Of a stretch of 64,000 nucleotides of DNA, positions 23,143 through 34,993 are shown in pieces; position 1 is the first letter of the stretch; each line of letters opens with the position of its first letter. The stretch is taken from the NCBI GenBank assembly GCA_965287045.1, contig OZ336876.1, forward strand, positions 90,396,001 through 90,460,000. Reading direction: 5' to 3'. Origin of the DNA: Carcharhinus amblyrhynchos. Taxonomy: Eukaryota. The notes below the pieces were generated by a model. It made no database searches and had not been told where the DNA came from. It worked only from the letters and a program-made list of their open reading frames with translations. Both the position numbers and the translations under genes were made by a program.

Positions 23143-25295
23143 TAAGAACATAAGAACATAAGAAATAGGAGCAGGAGTAGGCCATCTAGCCCTTCGAGCC
23201 TGCCCCACCATTCAATAAGATCATGGCTGATCTGTTGTGGCTCAGTTCCACTTTCCCGCCCTCTCCCCATAACCCTTAATCCCCTCTCTTATCAAGAACC
23301 CATCAACCCGCTTCTTAAAAATATTTAGCGAGGCAGCCTCCACCACTTCAACGGGCAGAGAATTCCAGAGATTCACCACCCTTTGAGTGAAGAAGTTCCT
23401 CCTCAACTCCGTTCTAAACCGCCTCCCCTTTATCTTGAGGCTGTGCCCCCTAGTCCTACTGTCTTTTTTGAGCGGGAAGAGTCTCTCCACCTCTATCCTA
23501 TCCGTCCCATTCATCATCTTATACGTCTCAATGAGATCTCCCCTCATTCTTCTAAACTCTAACGAGTACAAGCCTAGTTTATTCAGCCTCTCCTCATAGC
23601 TCAATCCCCTCAACTCCGGTATCAGCCTAGTAAACCTCCTCTGCACTCCCTCCAGGGCCAAAATATCCTTGCGCAGGTGCGGCGCCCAAAACTGCACACA
23701 GTACTCCAGCTGCGGCCTCACTAATGCCCTATACAGCTGCAGCAAGACCTCCCTACTTTTATATTCAATCCCCCTCGCTATGAAGGCCAGCATCCCATTA
23801 GCCTTCCTGACCACCTGCTGCACCTGCAAGCTGGGTTTTTGCGACTCATGCACAAGGACCCCGAGGTCCCTCTGCACCGTCGCCTGCTGCAGTTTTTCGC
23901 CACGTAAGTAATAGTCCTTCCTACCATTCTTCCTACCAAAGTGGACCACCTCACACTTGCCAACATTAAATTCCATTTGCCATTTCCTGGCCCATTCGCC
24001 CAGCCTATCTAGATCCTTCTGCAGACTCTCCACACCCTCCGCACAATTTGCCTTTCCCCCAATCTTGGTGTCATCAGCAAATTTCGACACCCTGCACTCG
24101 GTTCCCTCCTCCAGATCATCTATATAAATGGTAAATAGCTGAGGCCCCGGCACCGACCCCTGGGGCACCCCGCTAGTCACCAACCGCCAATCCGAATAGC
24201 ACCCATTGACCCCCACTCTCTGCCTCCTATTTGACAACCAATCCTCTATCCACGCTAACACCCTACCCCCAACTCCATGTCCCCTGACCTTCTGCAATAA
24301 CCTCTTGTGAGGTACCTTGTCAAACGCCTTCTGAAAATCCAGAAAGACCACATCCACCGGCTCTCCTCTATCCACTGCCCTAGACACATCCTCATAGAAC
24401 TCCAGTAAATTTGTCAGACACGACTTCCCTTTAATGAAACCGTGTTGCGTCCGCCCTATCAAGCAATTCCCTTCAAGATGCCTCGCAATTTCCTCCTTAA
24501 TGACGGATTCTAACATTTTACCTACCACAGACGTTAAACTAACCGGCCTATAATTCCCCGCCTTTTGCCTGGCACCCTTCTTAAACAACGGCGTAACATT
24601 AGCCGTTTTCCAATCTTCCGGCACTTCCCCGGAATCCAGCGACGTCTGGAAAATAACCACCAAGGCATCCACTATAACCTCCGCCATTTCTTTCAGAACC
24701 CTCGGATGCATTCCATCCGGTCCTGGGGACTTGTCCACAATCAGCCCCTCCAGTCTGTCGAGCACCACCTCTCTAGTAACAGTAATGTCATTAAGACCCT
24801 CCATTCCTACCACCTTTCCATCGCTAACACCCGGCAAATTATTCACGTCCTCCTCCGTGAAGACAGAAACAAAAAAGTTATTCAAGACCTTAGCCATATC
24901 CCCATCCCCTACCACTAGCTCCCCTTTCTCATCCTCTAAAGGACCAACGTTCACCCTAGCCAGCCTCTTCCTTTTTATATATTTATAAAAACTCTTGCTA
25001 TCCTTTTTTATATTAAGTGCTAGCCCAGCCTCATAGCTTCTCCTACCCTCCTTTATCAACTTCTTTGTCAATCTTTGTTGACATTTAAACCTTTCCCAAT
25101 CCTCTTCTCGCCCACTGCTCTTAGCTACTCTAAATTCCTCCGCTTTTAATTTAACACTTTCCTTCACCTCCTTCGTTATCCACGGCTTATTACCTCTCTT
25201 CCTACTGTCCTTTTTAACCATCGGAATAAATTTCTGCTGAGCACCAAGAAAGATCTCCTTAAAGATCCTCCACTGCTCCTCAGCAGACCTACCTT
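23143..25295 (-). mobile_element. Young 5'-truncated CR1 with an uninterrupted 659-aa ORF2 portion (whole RT domain)
   Basis: ORF 23242-25221: NYRPVSLTSV, FLDFQKAFDKV, PQGSVPGP, FADD. (TTCTTATG)n tail. Close sister of 7771-12608. Confidence 0.96.
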
Positions 25296-25369
25296 TAAAG
25301 TTCTACGTAATAAGTCGTACGTAGACAATCCAAGGTAGAAAGATGCACCTGAAAACAGAATCAAAGCTC

Positions 25370-25800
25370 AATGCTGAAGCACTTGAAAATGGGGGTGTCA
25401 AGGACACTTTCCTGAGGAACTCCTGTAAAGGTGTCTGAGGACGGAGATGATTGACGACCGACAACCACAGCATTCTTCTTTGCTTTTTGTGTGACCTGTC
25501 AGATTCCTATTGACTTCAATTTTTCTTGGTCTCCTTGATGCTGCACTCAAAGCCACAGTGTCAAGGGTAGTCATTCTTATTGCACCTGTGAAATTCTATT
25601 CTTTTGCTCATATTTCAGCCAAGGCTATAATGAGGTCTGGAGCCAAGCTGAGTTGGCTCCAGACCTCATTACTGAATACCATAAAACATGCCATTGGATG
25701 AGTAATTGCTCTTTGATAGCAAATGTCAGTGACCTCTTCCATCATTTTGCTGGAGGTTGCGAATAGGCTGATGTGGAAGTAATTGGTTACGTCAGATTTG
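25370..25800 (-). mobile_element. Old LINE fragment (family B-like)
   Basis: Antisense RT-region motifs (ttgatgctgcactcaaagcc...tcaagggtagtcattct; aaggctataatgaggtctggagc). Confidence 0.5.
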
Positions 25801-27117
25801 ACCTAACTTCGGTGGACCATTGCATCTTTTAATTTGAATGATCAGCAGTGTTTGTTTTTCTCATGTCTTCAGATCAGCATTGTGTTCTAGTGATTTCTCT
25901 CAATATCTTCTGCGGTGGAAGCCAGTGAGATCAATGTTGGAATAATGTCACTGCCACATAACATTCCATCAGGAAGTTCACAGACTTTCACTTCTGCTAT
26001 GTTAAATCATAATTCATATTAGTTCTGTGACATGGTGCAGTATCCATTTGTCTTACAGAATACATAAAGGTGCACATTTTCATAATAGACTTTGTGTGAA
26101 AAAGAAACTGCCTGTTTAACAAGAGTGCAAGAAAAGAGAGCATTAATAAAGCATTCTTTACACTGAATACACTTTACAGGAACAGCGTGGAACAGTGAGG
26201 AAACCAAAGCCATTTCTAGAGACTTTTAGAAGTAAAATGAAGCATTTCAGAAAAGTATTTCAAAGAGTAGGGATGTATTGGTTGAAACATTGATCACAAG
26301 TGGAAAAAACCTTGAAGGTTTTATGTTAGAAAGGAAAAAATTTAAGATAACTCCCTTGAAGTCATTGTGCTCAGGGTTGAGAGTGATGGGATTGTGGTGA
26401 CGGAGCCACTGGAGCTCAGAGAAGAGTGTTGGTGTGTGGCAATAAATGTGACTTAAGACTAGGTCTCACGAAGATTGCTGTAGGAGTTTGCACATAATAA
26501 AGGAAGTTGTACATCAGCTAAGGAGACAGGAATGGCCAGGATTCTCCTGGAATCGGCATTAATCTTGCCATAATCATCATCTGGGAGATTTTAAACTGCA
26601 ACATCAATGGCAAAGGGTGCAGGTATGCAGGCTGGACTTGCCTTCTCTTTCTGTTTGGATGCCTCATTTTTAATGCCAGTAGATGACACTGGCATGCATA
26701 TGTGGAGTCTCCTATTGCACCCTCTACTTGCCAAACATTCACACATCTACCTGACAACGGATTGGATGCAGCCACTTCGCTTCTGAAAACGCAGCATTGA
26801 AGCATTGCAGCTTTTGTTTCAACAGCTCTTCAAACCGTGGCCTTTTAAATGATCCAAAGGCAGCAGGGAGTTTAGAGGTAGGATCCTTCTTTACCTAGGA
26901 CAGCCCAAAACCATGGGAGGGGACTCATCACAACAATGTGTAGGTCTCATGTCAACTTCTGCAAGCAGGGAGATATTTCAGACAGATGGTATTTTACAGC
27001 ATTCCCAGTCCTACTCATGATAAAGCGCCAGCTTTCCATGACGTCACTTCTGCTGATATCGCCTTGAATATGTCTAGAGTTGCAACTATAAGCCGTGGAG
27101 TTTAAAAGAATTGGATC

Positions 27118-27210
27118 CAGATCTGCTGACTGGAAGGTCAGCAAATCAGGTAGCACCTGTGAAGAGAAATTGAATTAATGTTTCAGGTCGAAATGACCCT
27201 TTATCAGAAC
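27118..27210 (-). mobile_element. Penelope P2 pLTR remnant with hammerhead-like core
   Basis: Minus strand gttCTGATAAAgggtcatttcgacctGAAAcattaat, similar to 4260-4350. Confidence 0.6.
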
Positions 27211-27371
27211 CCCAGCTGCTGCTGGCTTTTAAACAGTAAAGATGGAATTAGTCCTAAAGATTTTAAAATATCTTGTGAATCGAAATGGATGCCTTCAGTT
27301 TTATCTTTTGCTGAGCTGAAGAAAATTTATACTCTCACTAAATAGTATTGCATAGGCCTTTAAGCAGTGTT

Positions 27372-28135
27372 TATTTGATTTGATTTGATTTATTATTGTC
27401 ACACGTATTAACATACAGTGAAAAGTATTGTTTCTTGTGTGCTATACGGACAAAACATACCCTTCTTAGAGAAGGAAATGAGATGTGCAGAATTTAGTGT
27501 TACAGTCATAGCTAGGATGTAGAGATCAACTTAATGCAAGGTAAGTCCATTCAAAAGTCTGATAGCAGCAGGGAAGAAGCTGTTTTTGAGTCGGCAGGTA
27601 CGTGACCTCAGACTTTTGTATTTTTTTCCCAAAGGAAGAAGGTAGTAGAGAGAATGTCTGGGGTGCATGGGGTTCTTAATTATTTTGACTGCTTTGCCAA
27701 GGCAGTGGGGAGTGTAGACAGAGCCAATGGATGGGAGGCTGGTTTGCGTGATGGATTGGGTTACATTCATGACCTTCTGTAGTTCTTCGCGGGTTTTGGG
27801 CAGAGCAGGAGCCATGCCAAGCTGTGATGTAACCAGAGAGAATGCTTTCTATGGTGCATCTGTGAAAGTTGGTGAGAGCCGTAGCTGACATGCCAAATTT
27901 CCTTAGCTTTCTGAGAAAGTAGAGGCATTGATGTGTTTTCCTAAGTATAGTGTCGGCATGGGGGGACCAGGACAGGTTGATGGTAATCTGGATACCTAAA
28001 AACTTGAAGCTCTCGACCCTTTCTACTTTTACCCTGTTGATGTTCTCCTTTACGCTTCCTGAAGTCAATGACAATCTCCTTTGGTTTGTTGACATTGAGG
28101 GAGAGATTATTGTTGCCACACCAGATTCTCTATCT
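27372..28135 (-). mobile_element. Rex1/Babar-type LINE 3' fragment
   Basis: ORF 27676-28119 VERVESFKFLGIQIT...LYFLRKLRKFGMS...ITAWHGSC. (ATCAA)n tail. Confidence 0.9.
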
Positions 28136-28254
28136 CATTCCTATACTCTATGGCAGTGTAGGGAAGTGAACTATGAAAGGTGTGTCTTGGATAGAAATTG
28201 TGGACTGGATTTTCAAACAATTCTTAATTTTTATCACTTCCATTCTGGTTGGAC

Positions 28255-28662
28255 AATGCCTGATTTCCAAGTTCTCATCTTTGCTTTCAAATCTCTCCAG
28301 GGCTTCCCCAATCTTTATCTCTAATCTATCCTGGCCTGACAAGCCTTTGAGTTATCTGAGCTCCTCCAAATGTTGCCGCGTTTATATCCCCAATTTGCAT
28401 TGCTAAACCTTTGTTGGTCATGACTTTAGCTGCCTGGGTCTTAAACTCTGGAATTCCTTCCCTTTATCTCTCTGTCTCAATACCTCACTTTTCTCCTTTA
28501 AGGCAGTCCCTAAAACCTAATTCTTTGACCAAGCATTTGGCCCTCTGCCCAAATATCTATCTTTTTACATGGCTTGATGTCAAATTTTGTTTAGTAATGT
28601 TCCTATGCAGAGCCTTAGGATGTTTTAGTACATTAAAAAGTGCAATATAAATGCAAATTGTT
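28255..28662 (+). mobile_element. L2-like LINE 3' end
   Basis: DFQVLIFAFKSLQG...; tail gtgcaatataaatgcaaattgttg. Similar to 58700-59070. Confidence 0.65.
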
Positions 28663-28789
28663 GAAGAACAGATTGGTTACGTACAGAGAATATAACTGGT
28701 TTGGGAATTTGTATTGAGAAATAACGATGAAAATTAATGTTGCTGTGCAAAACTGAGGGCATGCAAATAAAATGTTGGAACTTTAAAAA

Positions 28790-29130
28790 AATATTTCATG
28801 GGATGTGGGCTAATCTTTGTTGCCTGTCCCGAATTGTCCTTGAACTAAGTAGCTTGTTAGGCTATTCCAGATGGTGGTTGAGAGTCTGGAGTCACATGTA
28901 GGTCAGTAGATTTCCCTCCCTCAGGGACATAAGTGAACTAGAAGGCTTTTAATGACAATCTTCAATGATTTCGTGGTCTCCATTATGAGATTTGTTTTCA
29001 ATTCTAGATTTTGTCAGTTGAATTTAAATTCCATTAGTTGCTATGGTAGATTTGAACCCCAGCCTCAGAGTATTAACCTAGACTCCTGGATTACCCTCCA
29101 ATAACATTACCATCACACCGCCATCTCCCG
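28790..29130 (-). mobile_element. tRNA-derived SINE (family A)
   Basis: Similar to the other copies. Confidence 0.8.
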
Positions 29131-29232
29131 CAGCAATGCAGCACAGGTGAAAGAATTGGGGTACTGATGGACAGATCATTGAACTCTTATACACACTACA
29201 CAGCAAATCAATTTTTGATTATGTATAAAGTA

Positions 29233-29567
29233 TGAACATAGAACATTACAGCGCAGAACAGGCCCTTCGGCCCACGATGTTGCACCAACCAGTTACAAAA
29301 CAATGACCCACTAACCTAAACCAATCCCTTTTCGTCCATAAACCTATCCACGGATCTCTTAAACGCCCCCAAACTAGGCGCATTTACAACTGCAGCAGGC
29401 AGGGCATTCCAATCCCTCACCACCCTCTGGGTAAAGAACCTACCCCTGACATCCGTCCTATAACTACCCCCCCTTAATTTAAAGCCATGCCCCCTCGTGC
29501 TAGATTTCTCCATCAGAGGAAAAAGGCTATCACTATCCACCCTATCTAAACCTCTAATCATCTTATA
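29233..29567 (-). mobile_element. CR1 3' fragment of a different subfamily
   Basis: ORF 29316-29561 MIRGLDRVDS...FFTQRVVRDWNALP. (TTCTATG) tail. Confidence 0.9.
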
Positions 29568-30061
29568 TTCACCACAAATTACAGTGTGATATTAACCTAT
29601 AGAATTGACTGTTGGCATTTGCTGAATAGGATTATACCTGAAAATATGGGAACTAGAGTAAAGCATTGAGGTTAACGGAACTATTTACCACCATGGGTCA
29701 GTGCCTTCAAGGAACAGGAGATGAAAATATTAAAAATTCTGAAAGGTCAATTTGGAGCAAGTAGTTTACATGTAGTTTAAAGTTTTCAATTTGGATACTT
29801 TTTTTTCCTGAAGTAACAAAGAGCAAGTTCAGGCACTTAAGATCTCTATTTGGCATGAAAATTTATTCTAATTAATGAACCATAAGCGCATGGAGAAAAT
29901 TTTTGAAATTTAATTCTGTAATCTCAGCAGTGAGAGTGGATTATTCAATCTGGTAGCATTTGTAGCAAAATGCTACAACTACTGATGCATGAACCTTTGC
30001 ATTAAGCGGAGAATTAAGTTTTGAAAATCTAAGAACATATTTAGGAGCAGTCCAATGTGCT

Positions 30062-30320
30062 AAAATAAATGCAAAATACTATGGATGTTGGAAATCTGAA
30101 ATGAAAGCAGAAAATGCTGTAAAAGCTCAACAGACCTGGAAGCATCTGTGGAGAGAGAAACGGGATTAATGTTTCACGTCCGTATGACACTTCTTTGGAA
30201 CGGGGATTCCGACAAACCATCTCTGATCACCTCTGAGTCCCTATAGGGCTCAATGTTAACTTCGTTTCTCTTTCCACAGATGCCAGACCTGCTGAGTTTT
30301 TCCAGCACTTTGATTTTGAC
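30062..30320. mobile_element. Penelope P2 pLTR pair in inverted orientation
   Basis: About 30105-30175 is the approximate reverse complement of 30252-30318. Similar to 4214-4350. Confidence 0.65.
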
Positions 30321-30379
30321 TAAAGTGCTAACTGGGTACAGAGTCTCAAAACCAGCTTTCTCAAGAGCATGGCCATGCA

Positions 30380-33300
30380 GACAAGGCAGAGAAGGGGGTA
30401 AAAAAGGAAGAGGCATTGCATTATTAGTTAAGGAGGCAGTTACTGCAGTAAGGAGAGATGATATCTTGGAGGGGGCATCAAATGAAGCTTTGTGGGTAGA
30501 GCTTAGAAATAAGAAAGGGACACCTATGTTGTTAAGTGTTTATTATAGATCTCCAGATAGTCAGTGGGAAATTGAAAAGCAAATATGTGTGCAGATGATG
30601 TAAAAATAAGAGGGTAATTATAGTAGGTGATTGTAAGTGGAACCGGCTGCCGTCGGTGGTGGTAGAGGCGAAGTCACTGGGGTCTTTTAAAAGACTTCTG
30701 GATGAGTATGTGGTATTTAATGGGATTGGGAGTTACAGATAGTTCTATGGCTTGGTAGGTATGGATGCAATCGGTGCAACTTGTGAGCCGAAGGGCCTGT
30801 TTGTGCTGTAGTGTTCTATGTTCTTTGTTAACTTTCCCAACATTAATTGTGATAGCCATCATGTTCAGGACATAGATGGAATAGAGTTCTTAAAATGTAT
30901 ACGTTTTGGGTCAACATGTAGAAGATTCAATAAGGGATGGCACAGTGTTAGACTTCATTCTGGGAATGAAGCCCGGTAGGTGCTTGACATGTTGGTGGGG
31001 GAGCATTTTAGTGATAGCGACCACAGCATGGTTCAATTCAAATTTGCTATGGACAAAGAAATAGACAAGTTGCAGGAAAGGGTTTTAGATTGAGGGTGTG
31101 TAGATTTTAACAAAATAAGGCAGGATTCTGCCAAGGTAGACAGAGTGAGTTACTTGTGGGAAATCTACAGAAGAGCAGTGCGGGGGGGGGGGGGGAGAGC
31201 TTTCAAAGATGAAATGGTGGTTGGGGGGTGTTAGGGATAGTACAGGCCCCAAGATATTTCTTCTAGGGTCATAGGAAGGTGAAACAAACCCAGAAAACCA
31301 TTGATGACCAGAGATGTTCAAAATACAATGAGAAGGAAAAGAGAGGCTTTTAACAAATATAAGGGGAGTAAGTCTATGGAGGCATTTGTGGAGTACAGAA
31401 TGTAGGATGGAGCTTAAGAAATCAATTGGGAGAGCAAAGAGAGTACATGAGAAAGCTCCAGCAGATAAAAGTAGGGAAAAACCTGAGATATTCAAGGGAA
31501 ATGGGTAACCAGGGAAAGATTAGGGTCCTTTAGGGACCGAGGGAGAAATCTGTAGGGAGAGGCAGAGGACGTTGGTAGGGTGTTAAATTAATATTTCACA
31601 TTTGTCTTCACCCATAAGAATGAGGATGTAGTTATGGAACTTCGGGAGAGAGTCTGTGAAGTTCTGGAACAAATTGTCATAGGGAGTGGTGAGGTTTTGG
31701 AGGGCTTAAAAGTAGACAAATCCCCAGGTCCGGATGAATTGTGTCCCAGGCTGCTGTGGGAAGCGAGGGAAGTAATTGCCTGTCCGGCCACTGGCGAGAT
31801 GCCAGAGGCTGGAGAACAAGTAATGAAGTCTCACTATTTAAGAAAAGTTGTAGAGACGAGCCAAGGAACTACAGACCAGTGAGTCTCATGTACGTGGTTG
31901 GAAAACTACTGGAGAAGATTCTGAAGGAGGGAGTCTATCTCCATTTAAAGAGGCAAAGTTTGATCAGGGATACGCAGCGTGGTTTTGTCAGAGGAGGTCA
32001 TGTCTAACAAATTTGATTCAATTTTTTGTAACCAGATGTGTAGATGAGGGTGGTGCAGTTGATGTCGTTTACGTGGCTTTCAGCAAAGCCTTTGAAAAAG
32101 CCCCACATGAGATACTTATTAAGAAGTTAAATGCACAGAGGATACAGGGTGATCTGATCAGGTGGATTCATAACTGGCTTAGTGGTAGAACACAGTAAGA
32201 AGTCTCACAGCACCAGGTTAAAATTCAACAGGTTTATTTGTCGAAAAAGCCACTAGTTTTCGGAGTGCTGCTCCTTTGTCAGGTGAGTGTGAGTTCTGTT
32301 CACAAACAGGGCATATAAAGACACTAACTCAATTTATAAAATAATGGTTGGAATGTGAGTCTTTACAGGTAATCAAGTTTTAAAGGTACAGACAATGTGA
32401 GTGGAGAGAGCATTAAGCACAGGTTAAAGAGATGTGTATTGTCTCCAAACAGGACATTTAGTGAGATTTTGCAAGCTCAGGCAAGTCGTGGGGGTTATAG
32501 ATGGTGTGAAGATCCCAGTTGAGGCCGTCCTCGTGAGTGGAACTTGGCTATCAGTCTCTGCTCAGCGACACTGTACTGTCGTGTGTCATGAAGACCGCCT
32601 TGGAGAACACTTCCCCGAAGATCAGAGGCTGAATACCCGTGACCGCTGAAGTGTTTGCCAACAGGAAGAAAACACTCTTGCCTGGCGATTGTCAAGTGGT
32701 ATTCATTCATCCGTTGTCATAGCGTCTGCATGGTCTCCCCAATGTACCATATCATGAGACATCTTTTCCTGCAACGTATCAGGTAGACAATGTTGGCTGA
32801 GTTGCAAGAGTATGTGCCGGGTCCTGGTGGATGGTGTTCTCATGTGAGATGATGGCATCTGTGTCAATGATCTGGCATTATTGATATTTAGTGTATCTGT
32901 AACCCCCACGACTTGCCTGGGCTTGCAAAATCTCACTAACTGTCTGTCTGGAGACAATACATATCTTTAAGCTTAATGCTCTCTCCACTCACATTGCCTG
33001 TACCTTTAAAACTTGATTACCTGTAAAGGCTCGCATTCCAACCATTATTTTGTAAATTGAGTTTGTGTCTTTATATGCCCTGTTTGGGAACAGAACTCCC
33101 ACTTACCTGACAAAGGAGCAGCGCTCTGAAAGCTAGTGGCTTTTGCTACCAAATAAACCTGTTGGACTTTAACCTGGTGTTGTGAGACTTCTTACTGTGT
33201 TTACCCCAATCCACCAGCATCTCCACATCTGTAGACAACAGAGGGTGAGGCAGAAGCTGTTTTAGTGATTGAAGGCCAGTGACCAGTGGCGTACCACAGA

Positions 33301-34265
33301 GATCCATACTGGGCCCCCTGTTGTTCGTCATTTATATAAATGAGATAATGACTGTGTGGGAGTAGGATCAGTAAGTTTGCTGATGACACAAAGATTGGCC
33401 GGGTTGTTAACAGTAAGGTTGAGTGCCTTGGGTTTATAGGAAGATATAGGAGATGGTCAAATGGGTGGATAAGTGGCAGATGGAATTTAACCTTGAAAAG
33501 TGCGAGGTGATACACTTTGGAAGGAGCAATTTGACAAGAAAGTATACTATGTAAGGTCTGATGCTGGGAAGTTCTGAAGTACAAAGCCATGTTTGTCTAT
33601 AGATCTCTGAAAGCGGAAAGGCTTTTAATAGGGTGGTGAAAAAGGCATATGAAGACTCACCTTTATCAATCGGGGTGTGGATTACAAAAGCAAAAAGGTC
33701 ATGATGGAGTTGTACAGAACTTTGGTGAGGCTATAGTTGGGGTACTGTGTGCAATTCTGGTTGCGACATTGTAGGAAGGATGTGATCACACTGGAAGGGG
33801 TGCAGTGGAGATTCATCAGGATGTTGCCTGGGATGGAATATTTAAGTTATGAAGAGAGGTTGGATAGGCTTGTGTTGTTTTCTCCGGAGCAGAGAAGATT
33901 GAGGGGCGACCTGATTGAAGTGTTCAAGATTATGAAGGGTGGGGTGGATAGGGAGCAGTGTTCCCCTTAGTTGAAGGATCAGTTACTAGGCGTCACAAGT
34001 TAAAAGTAAGGGGTGGGAGATTTAGGGAGGATTTGAGGAAAACCATTTTTACTCAGAGGGAATGCACTGCCTGGGAGAGTGGTGAAGGTGGGATGCCTCA
34101 CATTCTTTAAAAAGTACCTTGATGAGTACTCGACATGCCATAACATTCAAGGCAATGGGCCAAATGCTGGCAAGTAGGATTAGGTGGGCAGGTCAGGACC
34201 TTTCATGTGTTGGTACAGACTTGATGGGCAGAAGGGCCTCTTCTGCACTGTAATATTCCGTGATT
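30380..34265 (+). mobile_element. Old, nearly complete CR1 ORF2 copy with nested Penelope (32189-33229) and small CR1 tail (about 30636-30825)
   Basis: GIALLVKE, LWVELRNKKG, VDKSPGPD, NYRPVSL, FADD, RRLRGDLIEVFKI occur in order with many stops and frameshifts. Confidence 0.88.
32189..33229 (-). mobile_element. Penelope-like element (family P1): GIY-YIG remnant between inverted pseudo-LTRs
   Basis: WYIGETMQTL.QRMNEY...LPVGKHFSGHG...AEQRLIAKF on the minus strand (about 32510-32800). About 310-bp inverted repeats at 32189-32502 and 32895-33201. Possible GTAGA duplication. Confidence 0.85.
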
Positions 34266-34993
34266 TCTGATCTTGCCAAATTTCTGATTGTCTGATTCAT
34301 GTAAAGCAGTGTCAGGTGGGGCCAGGGGGTGTTTGGAGCGCTTACAATAGGCAGGTGCTCAAGCAGTGAAACCAGTAACTAAATCAGTGCCACACTACAC
34401 CAATGCCTAGGCGAATTGTCCAGGTATTTTATTTTAGTCAATTAACATTGATACATGATACATTCTAAAAATGTCCAGTTTTTGGACAACAGGATTTGTG
34501 GGGCTATGCCTGAAGTTAAATTTCTGCCTGTATAAGGGTTGCCATATTATGCTTAGCAGAGTAACAGTGTTTAAGAATTCTGTATCTTTGTTTTTATTTT
34601 TTTATTTCTTTATTCAATTTAGTATTAGTGGTTATGAATATTGTCTTTTCATACTTGTTTCTGAAGTCCTTGTGATACTGTTTGGCTCTGTCTCAATTGT
34701 ATCCTTTTCTTTAATCTGGAGTTTGGAGGTGGCATAGAGTAATGTAGTATGGAAAACTGGTCACCAATGAGTACAGACTACATGGGGATGCGATTCATTG
34801 GAGTAGACGATACATTCCCTCCCAAACATGCATGCTTCTATCCACTAATTCATCGCACCCTATCCTTTCACCTTACAACAATCTCTCCCCACCCCCTGAG
34901 GCCTATTGCTGCCTTTTCCCCTTTAAAATATCCATTCAGCCCCTGCATCCTCTTTTTTCCCTCTTTCTGTAGGCATGTTTGTCATGTTTGCCT

